A DNA stretch of 64,000 bases from Octopus sinensis (Eukaryota), in contig NC_042998.1 of assembly GCF_006345805.1 (NCBI RefSeq), forward strand, positions 187,116,001-187,180,000. The letters are read 5' to 3'. The position numbers and the translations under genes were made by a program. Shown piece by piece: positions 53,218-64,000 of the stretch (position 1 is the first letter of the stretch; every line of letters starts with the position of its first letter). The notes under the pieces were generated by a model, which was not told the DNA's origin, made no database searches, and saw nothing but the letters and a program-made list of their open reading frames with translations.

Positions 53218-54270
53218 CAGCGTTCTTTTAGTAACAAACGATGATCGATGTTACATCTCAAAAGACAACTACTAGATAACATTGAGAAGTGTATTAATTT
53301 GATTTACCATCCATATTCTATCTGTTTTGCTAATAATAATTATTACAATCACACACACCTTCACAAACATATGCATATACAAGCTCATTAGAGAAAATAA
53401 TTATCGCCTGAGTGTATCAAGAACTATAAAACGACTGCAGTTGAAGAGTATATTATAAATACACATCTTAATTTAACAGTTTATACATGTTCTTGATTTA
53501 TTTATATTAAGAAGTTTTTACTCGGTATTCTTTCAGTAACTATGCATAAACTAACCAGCGTTATTTCAGTAATTAACGATGATCAATGTCACATCTCAAT
53601 ATTCAACCACTAGATAATATTGAGAATTGTATTAATTTGAATTACCATCCATATTCTATCTGTTGTGTTACAAATATTTATTACACTCACAAACATTTAC
53701 ATAAAAATATACATATACAAACTCATTTGAGAAAATAATTATTGCCTGAGAGTATCAAGAATATAAAACGACTGGTATCTTTTCGGTTTGAACGGCAGTT
53801 TTTTCTAGCGGTGTCATTTGAAATTGTTATCCATAATTATGACCCTAGTATCGATCTATTGCATTTCAATCTGTTTTAGGGTTAGGGGGAAGGGTATCTT
53901 TTTTTTCTTCACAAATGTAAACAAACCCAATCTGTTTCTTAAACGAGGGACATATTCATACGGCACAGAATGTTTTTTACCTCAATAGACGTCATTGATT
54001 GGTTGAAATTGCAGAAATTGAAGAAAAAAACAACAAATATCTTACAAACTATAGAATTTTCTCAATAAAGCCAAGAGAAAAAGATGTTTTATAAACACAT
54101 TCTACCAGTATACGAAGTTTAAAAGTGTTTAGTTACGTGGAAATTATTTTTAAAAAACTGCTGTTCAAACCGAAAAGATCCAACGACTGCAGTTGAAAAG
54201 TATATTACAAATACACATTTAACAGTTCATACATGTGCTAATTTATTTATATTAAGAAATTTATGTGATA
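53218..54270. repeat. Diverged ~340-bp tandem duplication; second unit carries a MITE
   Basis: aacgatgatc.atgt.acatctc...ccatccatattctatctgtt recurs at about 53238 and 53576. Confidence 0.9.
53775..54181. mobile_element. Merlin-type MITE, 407 bp
   Basis: TIRs present; perfect 8-bp TSD aacgactg; empty site visible at 53430-53437. Confidence 0.95.
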
Positions 54271-54874
54271 AATTTTGAATAGGGAGTTTTTACAACATCA
54301 ATTATAAGTCATGGACTGCCTTTTGTGGCTTTAAGTCGTATGAGTTCAGGCTGGTTTCAGTAATGGAGAGCGCAATTGAAAGGAAACGTCGCTTCGAAAA
54401 AGTTGGTATTTATTTGCCAGCTCCCGTATTTAGTCACGTCCAGCTTTGTGTGGCCTTAAGTCATACAAGAAGGAAGGAGAGCTTAAGAATTCTTTTAAAG
54501 AAAACAAGCACTCAAGGGATGTTAGTTACGGATAGATTTTCCCCCAAAAAAATTGGTAATAAAAGAATTATTCAACTAAAAACTTGATTTTGTACCTTAT
54601 TTATATATAAAATACCACAATTAGCGGTCATTTTTGACGGCACGGGGTCAGCTAGTCTTGTCATTGCGTTACTTAGCCCGTCGGTAACGCTTTCACGTAA
54701 TTATAGAAAAGGAGCGAGAAAGAAAAAGAGGGAGGGAGAAAAGAGGAAGGGAGAAAAGAGGGAGTGAGAAGCGTCCATGACATGAAGTAGAGGGAATGTA
54801 ATTTAACGCTTTCTCTTGGTTAGTTGAAGGGAAAGAGAGGAGAAAGAACAGGAGAGAAAAAAGAGGATAAGACG

Positions 54875-54919
<45 letters not shown>

Positions 54920-55571
54920 GTCCATGAAGTGAGGTAGGGGAATATTATATTTATTACGTGGTTAAAAAAGTTTAAAATATAATTTTAGTAGAGGGGTGAT
55001 GTCCTGATGTTGAGGTTAAAGAAAGGCATACAGAGAGAAGGGAGTGAGAGGAAGGAGAGAGGTGAGAGAGAGAGTGTGGAGGGAGAGAGAGAGGGGAAGA
55101 GAGGTGGTGGTGGTGGTGGTTGGATAGTAAAAAGTGTATTTTTTATAGCTAAATTTTTATATCACCTATCACTTAACGCATGCACATAAGTGCAATTCCG
55201 TGAAATATTCACACTTATTTACGTGGCAGATATATGCAATTTAACTAAAGGTTGTATCATATGTACGAGATATTTTTTGTTTGTTTATGGGACAAATGGA
55301 AAAATAAGATTGAATATTTAATTTATGAATGCTGTGTATTAAGTTTATGAAATTGAGCATAAAGTATATAAAGTGTTTATATATAAAGTGCATTAAGTAA
55401 TCATCGTATTCCGATTTCTTTCACTTTTCAATGAATAACAGATGAGCGACTATCTTTCCATAAAGATTCAACGCTTTCAGGTTTTCTGAATAAAGTTTTC
55501 AAAAATAACCCAATAGGTTTACCATTAATTCCGTGAAATATTAACGGGTCCAGCTCATTAATTTATTAATG

Positions 55572-55865
55572 TACGAGGATCGGTTGAAAAGTTCATAGGC
55601 TGACCGAGATACTCTCATGGAATGTGACTAAATTAGGTTTATTTTTCAACATAGTTCCTTAACGGTCCACACATTTCTTCCATTGATCCCATTTATGAAG
55701 AAGCTTTCGTCCTGTTCGTCAAAAAAGTCATCAACGGCAGATATAACGTCATCATCACTACGATACTGCTTTCGAGCCAAGTGGTTTTTCATGTTGGGGA
55801 ACAGATGATAGTCAGATGGGGTCAAATATGGAGAATAAGGAGGGTGATCTTTGTTGGAAACCCGC
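55572..55865 (-). mobile_element. mariner 3' fragment with TIR
   Basis: HPPYSPYLTPSDYHLFPNMKNHL...DDDVISAVDDFF; ta|cgaggatcggttgaaaagttc end. Confidence 0.9.
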
Positions 55866-56193
55866 TCCCTCCTCAGAGGAAGATTTGTAATAATTAAAAA
55901 ATAGAAGAGATACACACATACATGCATGCATTCATGCCTACATACATACGTACATTCATACATACACACGGACATAGATTTATACATATGTACAAGCATG
56001 CGTACACACACACATACATGCATACATACACGCGTTCGTATAAGCATACATGCTTACAGACATACATACGTACATACATACATACATACATACATACATA
56101 CATACATACATACAAAATTCACTTACGGTCAACACATACACACGGACATACGATACATACACACGGGCATACATATATACATATGTACATACA

Positions 56194-56617
56194 TAGTGTA
56201 ATAAATAAAATATATGCATACATACAAACATATATGTACGTACCTACATCTACATGTATATATACATGCATATATAAATATATATACGTGAGTACAGGAC
56301 ACCACAACTAGACGTAGAACTCAACGAGAAACGAAAACGGAAAAAACATTTTTTTACAACAGAAAAACAGAGTACAGGACATACTACACAAGGAAAAATC
56401 CCCTTCATCAGCTGTCACTAGTTCGACTCCAGCGTGTTTCGAAGGCAAGACAGAACACGACTCGCCAATTCCGTTTTCGTTTCTCGTTGAGTTCTACGTC
56501 TAGTTGTGGTGTCCTGTACTCACGTATTTATATTTATATATGCATGTATATATACATGTAGATGTAGGTACGTACATATATGTTTGTATGTATGCATATA
56601 TTTTATTTATTACACTA
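56194..56617. mobile_element. Penelope-like tail with a near-identical ~150-bp inverted duplication
   Basis: 56194-56342 is the reverse complement of 56469-56617; spacer continues the element on the minus strand. Confidence 0.75.
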
Positions 56618-56748
56618 TTGTTTGACAGCGCCCTCGCGTCGGGTTCGATTCGATTCGTTCGCTTCGTTCCGTTCTTATTCTCCCAGTACTGTTTTATACA
56701 TACATACATACATACATACATACATACATACATACATACATACATACA

Positions 56749-56782
<34 letters not shown>

Positions 56783-57394
56783 CATACACGATACAAAATT
56801 CACTTACGGTTGACTCCTGGTTACAGTACAAGACACGTGTCTAAAGTACGGTGCTGTAGAACTGAACCCGAAGCCACGTATCTACAAAACGAACTTCTTA
56901 ACCACACAGGCATGCCTTTGCACCTCTAATCATTACACTGAAAATCATTGTAGAATAAAAGCAAACAAAAGTTGGAAAATAATACATAATGAAGTAAATT
57001 TTCGTTGATGTTGTAATTAAATTACAGTTAAATACTAATGAAACAGCTACGAAATATTGTGATTGAATTAGTCTTTGATATATTATATTTAAACTATTTA
57101 ATGGGTGATGGCAATCAGTCAGTTGAGCTAGGCGTGAAGAAATTCTGAACTGCATGGTGTTGAATAGGAGACATACTGGCATGTAGCCTTTCTGAAATAA
57201 TATTCATTCATTTATTTAATCAATTTATACGTCCCTGTGAAGTTAGTAAACCGTCAAAGTGAGGAAGTACGAATACACCTAATAAAAACGAAGAAACAAA
57301 ATCAAAAACGAAAAAGAAATCGAATGAAGGATGAGTAAATATTTCTTTTTTTTGTGGCCTTTGTCAGTTGGGAGATTATATTTATGGTTGGCGT

Positions 57395-57850
57395 AAGGCG
57401 GAGAGCTGGCAGAATCGTTAGCATCGCCGGGCGAAATACCTAGCCGTATTTCGTCTGTCTTTACGTTCTGTGTTCAAATTCCGCCGAGGTCGACTTTGCC
57501 TTTCATCCTTTTGGGGTCGATAAATTAAGTACCTATTTCTTTACTACCCACAAGGGGCTAAACACAGAGAGGACAAACAAGGACAGACAAATCGATTATA
57601 TCGACCCCAGTGCGCAACTGGTACTTATTTAATCGACCCCGAAAGGATGAAAGGCAAAGTCGACCTCGGCGGAATTTGAACTCAGAACGTAACGACAGAC
57701 GAAATATCGCTAAGCATTTCGTCCGATGCGCTAACGATTCTGCCAATTCGCCGCCTTTAAATTAAGTACTAGTTGCGTACTGGAGTCGATCTAATCGACT
57801 GGTCCTTCCCCCCAAAATTTCGGGCCTTGTGCCTAGAGTAGAAAAAAGTA
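57395..57850. mobile_element. SINE B (minus, 57533-57757) nested in SINE B (plus)
   Basis: 12-bp TSD taaattaagtac at 57521-57532 and 57758-57769. Confidence 0.92.
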
Positions 57851-58320
57851 TATCTATGGTTGGTGGATCCTTGAAAATAAATAGCACCACTAACCTTGAT
57901 AGCCCTTTAAGTATCGTTTTAAAATGTTCCCTTTCTTTCAAATTGGTAATTTTTGCATTGGAAACAAATAATGTCATAGGATTCTTGTATAGTTTCTATA
58001 AGATCAATGAAGGTTGATTGCTTAAAACCTGTTTGTGAAATATTAAATCTTATATTCGTATCTCCCTAACATCAATTTCGCTTGAAGAATTTATCTGTTA
58101 AATCTTTCTAAAATTGCTCTAAACAGAATAGGTGTTCAAAGGAGCACAACATACATACATACATACATACATACATACATACATACATACATACATACAT
58201 ACATACATACATACATACATACATGTACTTTAAGAAATGTTTTCGCTTTCTGATTACAAGATCTGAGAATGAGTTGGATCATACTCGGAAATTGCCATTT
58301 CCACCCTTATTATATTATTT

Positions 58321-59057
58321 ACTAGCAGTATAGCCCGGCTTTGCTCGGGATTAAGTTCTTTATTTCAAGCTCTTTATTTCAAAGCAAACTAGGTAACATC
58401 GACGTCAAATTTGAGTGAAATCTGTTGAAATTGATAAACTTTTGGCTGAAATTTTGCAGACAATTTGATTGGGAAATCCCATTAGGAATCGGTTTATCGA
58501 TTTTTCCACTCAACGATTGTTTGTTTTTTGTTTTTTTCGTTTTTGGAGAACTTACAGCATTCAAAGATCTCACGAGTCCTAAGTAATGTTTGAACAAAAT
58601 ACATCAAAATTGGTAGACGCTATGGTAACCAATTTTAGTGGGAAGTCCTATAAGGAATCGGTTTATCGATATTTTTTTTATCCTGATTAAATGGAAAACC
58701 CTATAAGGAAATAGTTTATTGATTTTTCACTCCAAATAGGACTTAACCGAACATTGCTGACTCAAAAACATCTATATTTATACTTTAAAGTTGGTTTTCA
58801 TACCCAACCCAGTTCTGCAGAATCAGTGTCCCGACGGGAGCGTATGGGTTGGGAGTTTGATCGGCAGAGGTGATCAGGTTGCATATACCAACCTTTTTGA
58901 AAACACCACCCCCATCATGTAACCCCACTTTGCCTATGGGTTGAGAGCCCTTCCAGCAAGGAAAATAGAACGCCCAAAAGGGCCCCTGATCCTCTGTGTG
59001 AGAAGCGGTTATGTTCAGATCACAACTAAGTATATATATATATATATATATATATAT
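58321..59057 (-). mobile_element. Non-autonomous Helitron with internal short tandem repeats
   Basis: Reverse-complement 3' end cccgagcaaagccgggctatactgctag|t; 5' end tatatatacttagttgtg resembles the starts at 3574 and 16876. Confidence 0.7.
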
Positions 59058-59159
59058 GGGCAACACACACACTAGCATATACGTACATACGCCTATTGCG
59101 TACATGTTTTTGCACGCCTTTGCCCCTGCTACTGTCCCACCACCACCTCCTACCCAAGT

Positions 59160-59420
59160 AATACCATCAATTAAAGCAAATTTGGTACCCGGACGTAAGT
59201 TTTGTAACAGGAAGAAACATTGTTTACAAAATAATAGCTGATCGTTTGCGAAGGAGCGTGTCTGCAGTCAACACGTAGGTCTTTTGCTCTGGTAACCTCT
59301 GCTCTCTCCCATGTTCACGCACGACCAGCTATATATCGCTATGAGTAGAGCAACGGATTCAACTAATTTGGGAATTAGTTGTGGAGAAACGGAGAATATC
59401 GTTAATATTGTGTATATATA
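59160..59420 (+). pseudogene. Helitron RepHel PIF1-like helicase C-terminal relic
   Basis: FTHDQLYIAMSRAT...NIVNIVY matches the F.HGQLYVA.SR...NIVY motif VI region; QHVGL just upstream. Confidence 0.8.
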
Positions 59421-59475
59421 CGGGCAACACACACACACACATTGCATGCATGTGTTTTGTACGCATACATGCTCA

Positions 59476-59508
<33 letters not shown>

Positions 59509-59907
59509 GTGTGTGTGTGTGTGTGTGTGTAACTGAAGCTATTCATACATACATACATACATAACAACCCCTGTCTGTCAATCACTAACTAATAAGAAAT
59601 TTTAAAAATCTGTTATCTCTCTCTCTCTCTCTCCCTCTCCCTCCCTCTCTTTACACCGTCGCTACAAGGGGACTTAACTCATGTTTGGTTTATAAACAAT
59701 GAATTTCTCCGCCGTGAAAATCCTTAGAAGTTATGGCTCAAAATTATTTACCCCTATTCACGGGTGCCTCGGGGGGGAAATAATTTGACGAAAATACAGC
59801 TAAGATCGTGACGAATGTCCTCCTAAAATTTGAGCGACACGCGTGCTAATTTGTGGACGTGCATAATTTACATTCACGTACACACACACGCGCACACGCA
59901 CACACCC

Positions 59908-59941
<34 letters not shown>

Positions 59942-60044
59942 TCCAGTTGAAATTTACAGATTTACTGATTTTTTAACGGTTAACGATGATTAATCACATT
60001 TCGATGTGTTTACAAATATTTTTGTTCATAAGAGTTTGTAGTGA

Positions 60045-60128
60045 CGCCATCTTGGAAATCTCCAGCACGCATGCGCAGAGTTGGATTCTTCTGGGAGCCT
60101 GCCGGAAGTTCCCTCATGTGCATGCGCA
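60045..60128. promoter_or_regulatory. Candidate TATA-less core promoter (YY1 + NRF1 x2 + ETS motifs)
   Basis: cgccatcttgg 60045-60055, cgcatgcgca 60068-60077, gccggaagt 60101-60109 and tgcatgcgca 60119-60128, in a CpG-richer island. Confidence 0.5.
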
Positions 60129-60777
60129 GAAAACTAGCAGCAGCGAAATTCCCTCGTATCGTTCTCTCAAACACCGGCAGCTGAACAAGGCAGTCGTGTT
60201 TTATCAGCTCTCTCAAACCGCTACCTCGTGGTGTATCTCTGCTATCTGCTGGAACGGACAGGATTTGGCTCACTCCACTTGACTACTGCGATAAGCTCCT
60301 AGGCTGCCGATTCGCCCAGAAAGAAGAAATGTATATATTGCGAATCAAAAATATATATATTTATACTATTGAAGTTAATCGGACGTCTTGACTCTTTCCT
60401 TCGATTGATATTTAATGTAAAGGATGAAAGCTGCACCCTTCCAGTGCGGGCTACCTCTCATCCTGTTACAAGATTTACTGCTTCCTTTTTCAAACGTTTG
60501 AATAATCTGCAGCTTGAAACCCAGAGTAATAATTCCAGAAGTTCTAATAAAATACAGAAAGCCTGCTTCAAGTATTGAGCACTTTTTTTTACAAAACAAC
60601 CAAAATCCAAACCACTATTAGGGATAAACTTCGAAGGGAATGAAAAATAAAAGCATTTACCATCTATCTCCTGGACCATGAATAATATATAGTCTATTGA
60701 CTAATTTTTCTACACGCTAGGCCACTGGTAGTAAAAAAATTCTAAAATTTTATTATTCTGATATTATTAATTTTATA

Positions 60778-61332
60778 CAGGGTCAGGCAAAATGATCTGA
60801 CACATTTGTAGGTTAAATAAAAGGCATTGATTTTCGTTTCTTTTTCAGTTGCTGCCATGAATTGGACTGGTGAGCATCGCGCTTTCATTGTGGAAACGTT
60901 TATCAAAACAAACGATTCTGTAACTGCAACACAAAGAGCTTTCCGTTTGCACTTCAATCTTGGTAGACATGATCCCATACCAGCTCGAAACACGATCTTG
61001 ATATGGGTTACCAACTTCAGAGCTACTAGATCTGCATTGAAACGAAAATCAACCGGCCGACCTCGCACCGCCAGAACTTAAAGATGCAATTCGTCAAGAA
61101 ATTACTGCCATTCCACATGAAATGACCCGCCGAGTTATTAACAACTTTCGTGAACGCCTTCGACAGTGTGTGGACAATAATGGATCCCATTTGACTGATT
61201 TCATTTTTAAAACATAATGAAACAAAATGGCATTATATGTACTTTTCAAAAATAAAAACACTTTTTTGTTTCTTTACTTCATTTGCCTTTTATTTAACCT
61301 ACAAATGTGTCAGATCATTTTGCCTGACCCTG
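60778..61332 (+). mobile_element. Tc1/mariner-superfamily element (DUF4817-type HTH; probably DD37D/maT-like), internal-deletion derivative
   Basis: Perfect 49-bp TIR; TA TSD; MNWTGEHRAFIVETFIK...GRPRTART followed out of frame by LKDAIRQEI...RLRQCVDNNGSHLTDFIFKT*. Confidence 0.92.
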
Positions 61333-61339
61333 TATATAT

Positions 61340-62030
61340 ATATACGTTTTTTTGTGTCCTGTACCCATATATGCATGTATATATACATGTAGATGTAGGT
61401 ACGTACATATATGTATGTATATATGCATATGTTTTATTTATTAATTTGTTATTACACGACAGAACGCACGCATCCATTTCTAAGTAAGTTTGTTCTTAAT
61501 ATTAATACTGATGCGCACTCTTAACCTTTCTGTCGCCCTCCTTTTCTCAGCCTTCCTTCTTTCTGGTTTCCTTTTCTTCTACTTTACTGTTTCTCCCTCC
61601 CTCTCTCTCATTCTTCATTCTTTCTGGTTTTCTCGACAACCATTCCTCTTTTTTTTTTTTACTGTCCTGTTTTTGTTACATTTTTACCCCTTCGCAAAAA
61701 AATCTCAAATTTTATTTAATTTGCTTTACGCGGGAAGGAATGTTTCCGTCGAAGTTGCGTCTCGCCTTCACCTTCGAAACGCAGAGTAGATGAAACCATG
61801 GCGATTGAAGAAGGGGAATTTTCCTTGTGTTATTTGTCCTGTACTCTATTTTTTCGTTGTTTAAGAAAAATGTCCAGTTCCTTGATTTTGTGTTTATGTT
61901 TTCGTTTCTCATTGTGTTCGATGTTTTTTGGGTGTCCTGTACCCATATATGCATGTATATATACATGTAGATGTAGGTACGTACATATATGTATGTATAT
62001 ATGCATATGCTTTATTTATTAATTTATTAT
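61340..62030 (+). mobile_element. Penelope-like/retrozyme-like unit with ~105-bp direct terminal repeats
   Basis: gtgtcctgtacccatatatgcatg...tttatttattaattt at about 61355 and 61933; same family as 56194-56617. Confidence 0.6.
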
Positions 62031-62049
62031 ATATATATATAATTCATTC

Positions 62050-62245
62050 ATAGGATTGCTGCCATGCTGGGGCACCGCCTTAAAGGCTTTTAGCCGAACG
62101 AATTTTTAAAGCCTGGTATTTATTCTGTAGGTCTTTTATGTCAAGCCGTTAAGTTACGGAATGTGAACAAATACAATCGGTTGTCAGACGATGGTGGGGG
62201 ACAAGCACAAACACACACAGATATATACATGCATATCTATGTATC

Positions 62246-62312
<67 letters not shown>

Positions 62313-62420
62313 TTAATATGGGCTTCTTTCAGTTTCCGTCTGCCAAATTCCCTCAAAAGCTTTTGTTACTCCAGGGCTAAAGTACACTTGCTCAAGTGTC
62401 ACGCAATGGGGCTGAACTAC
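62050..62420 (-). mobile_element. SINE family A, diverged, with internal (GATA)n
   Basis: gggcttctttcagtttccgtc; ccatgctggggcaccgcctt. Confidence 0.8.
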
Positions 62421-62600
62421 CCAAAAAACACAACAACGCGAAGACGTGGAATAAATATAGTGTTATTGGATGCTCAGGAAAGAAGGAGGGTTTAACGTTT
62501 CGAGAGGAGCTCTTCGTCGGAAACATAGAAGGAAAGATCCAGAGAAGGGAAGACAGAGGGGAAAAAATCGCCAACGGTACACACGAGGTCACATAATGTA
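62421..62600 (-). mobile_element. Penelope-like tail with hammerhead-like motif
   Basis: gttt-CCGACGA-A-GAG-ctcct-CTC-GAAA-C-GTT-aaac at 62490-62524 (minus); related to the 11.5-kb pair. Confidence 0.65.
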
Positions 62601-62649
62601 CAGGTTTGGTGAATCCAACAGGAAAAAATAGAACTCAAAACAGTATATA

Positions 62650-63529
62650 TTGGGTCATCCCATAAATAATGTTTTTTTATACTTCTTTTATTTTTTTTTT
62701 AATTTAGAAAAACAAAGTTCTTTTTTAATCTAAAATATACTTTTCTTCATTGTCTACAATGCTCTTCCATCTTTCTGGTAGACTTGCAAGGCTCCTCTTC
62801 CAAAATTCACTTGTCTGTGAGGAAAAATACTCCTCTAGTACTGTTCTGACCTCGTCTACAGAATTCATATTCCTTCCGTTTAAATGATTTTGAAGACTGC
62901 GGAATAAATGATAATCAGATGGGGCAATGTCCGGTAAATATGGTGGGTAGGGCATCGTTTCTCATTGAAACTGATCCAGCTTTTGGAATGTCATTTTCAC
63001 TGTATGTGACTGAGCATTATCCCGATGGAAGAACACTTTTTGTCGTGAAACCAAAGATAGTCGTTTTTCTTCTAGCGCTGAATGACAAAATGCAAGCTTC
63101 TCTGGGATTTTGGTCCACCAAGGTTAGCAGGATGTCCTGGTCGAGCTCTACAGATCTTCCAGGACCAGGCTCGTCTTCTAGGCTCTAGTTTCTGGATCGG
63201 AATCTCTGGAACCACCATTGACACTGGCTTGCGCTTATTGTCCGATTCCCATATACTACATTAATATTCCTCGCACTTTCCATTCCGTTGTTGCATTTAT
63301 TGAACTCATAAAGTAAAATAAGCTGAATGTGCTCCTTTGTTACTTCCATTATGGCTTTGAAAAAATAACTGTTAAAATCGAACTACACTCTTCAAAACTT
63401 GCACTAAGAATAAGTAAAAGATAAAATTACTACCTGCTTTTAAAGCAATTGATGCAGGTAATTTATCCCGTCCCCTTTCAACTTTAGTTCATGCAATTGG
63501 AAAAGCGCATTATTTATGGGATGACTCGT
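62650..63529 (-). mobile_element. mariner, internally deleted
   Basis: TIR ttgggtcatcccataaataatg / cattatttatgggatgactcgt; TA TSD; CQWWFQRFRS...SLEDEPGPGRS and PYPPYLPDIAPSDYHLFRSLQNHL...RWKSIVDNEEKYILD. Confidence 0.92.
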
Positions 63530-63863
<334 letters not shown>

Positions 63864-64000
63864 TTTGACAGAAGTAACAGAGTGACTCGATACCCGAGAG
63901 TTTCATGCGTTAGCACTTATCAAGCGATGAGTCTCAGCTAACGAAACTCTGTGTCCCTGATTCACTCTGTTCTATCAAATACTAATATAAGTGTGTGTGT

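Overview
AT-rich, repeat-saturated animal genomic DNA, most likely an octopus (inferred from recognisable tRNA-derived SINE families and extreme (CATA)n/(TA)n/(CA)n microsatellite density). I could not support any intact host protein-coding gene. Nearly all long ORFs in the track are microsatellite artefacts. The window is a graveyard of mobile elements: two abundant SINE families, R4/Dong-type RLE retrotransposon fragments embedded in microsatellites, RTE and Penelope-like (GIY-YIG) relics, Tc1/mariner/pogo and hAT relics, and non-autonomous Helitrons. It also holds a complete 1.5 kb Merlin (IS1016-like DDE) relic with TIRs and an 8-bp TSD, plus a MITE family with related TIRs and 8-bp TSDs. 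The most notable hidden structure is a set of short retroelement tails from at least four unrelated families. Each carries a minimal hammerhead-ribozyme-like motif (core YYGWNGA, usually one extra purine, stem II hairpin, GAAA, mostly palindromic stem III, NUH). These tails often sit as tail-out inverted repeats that would form long dsRNA. A YY1/NRF1/ETS motif cluster near 60.05-60.13 kb looks like a housekeeping-type promoter. All calls were made by eye; coordinates of decayed elements are approximate.
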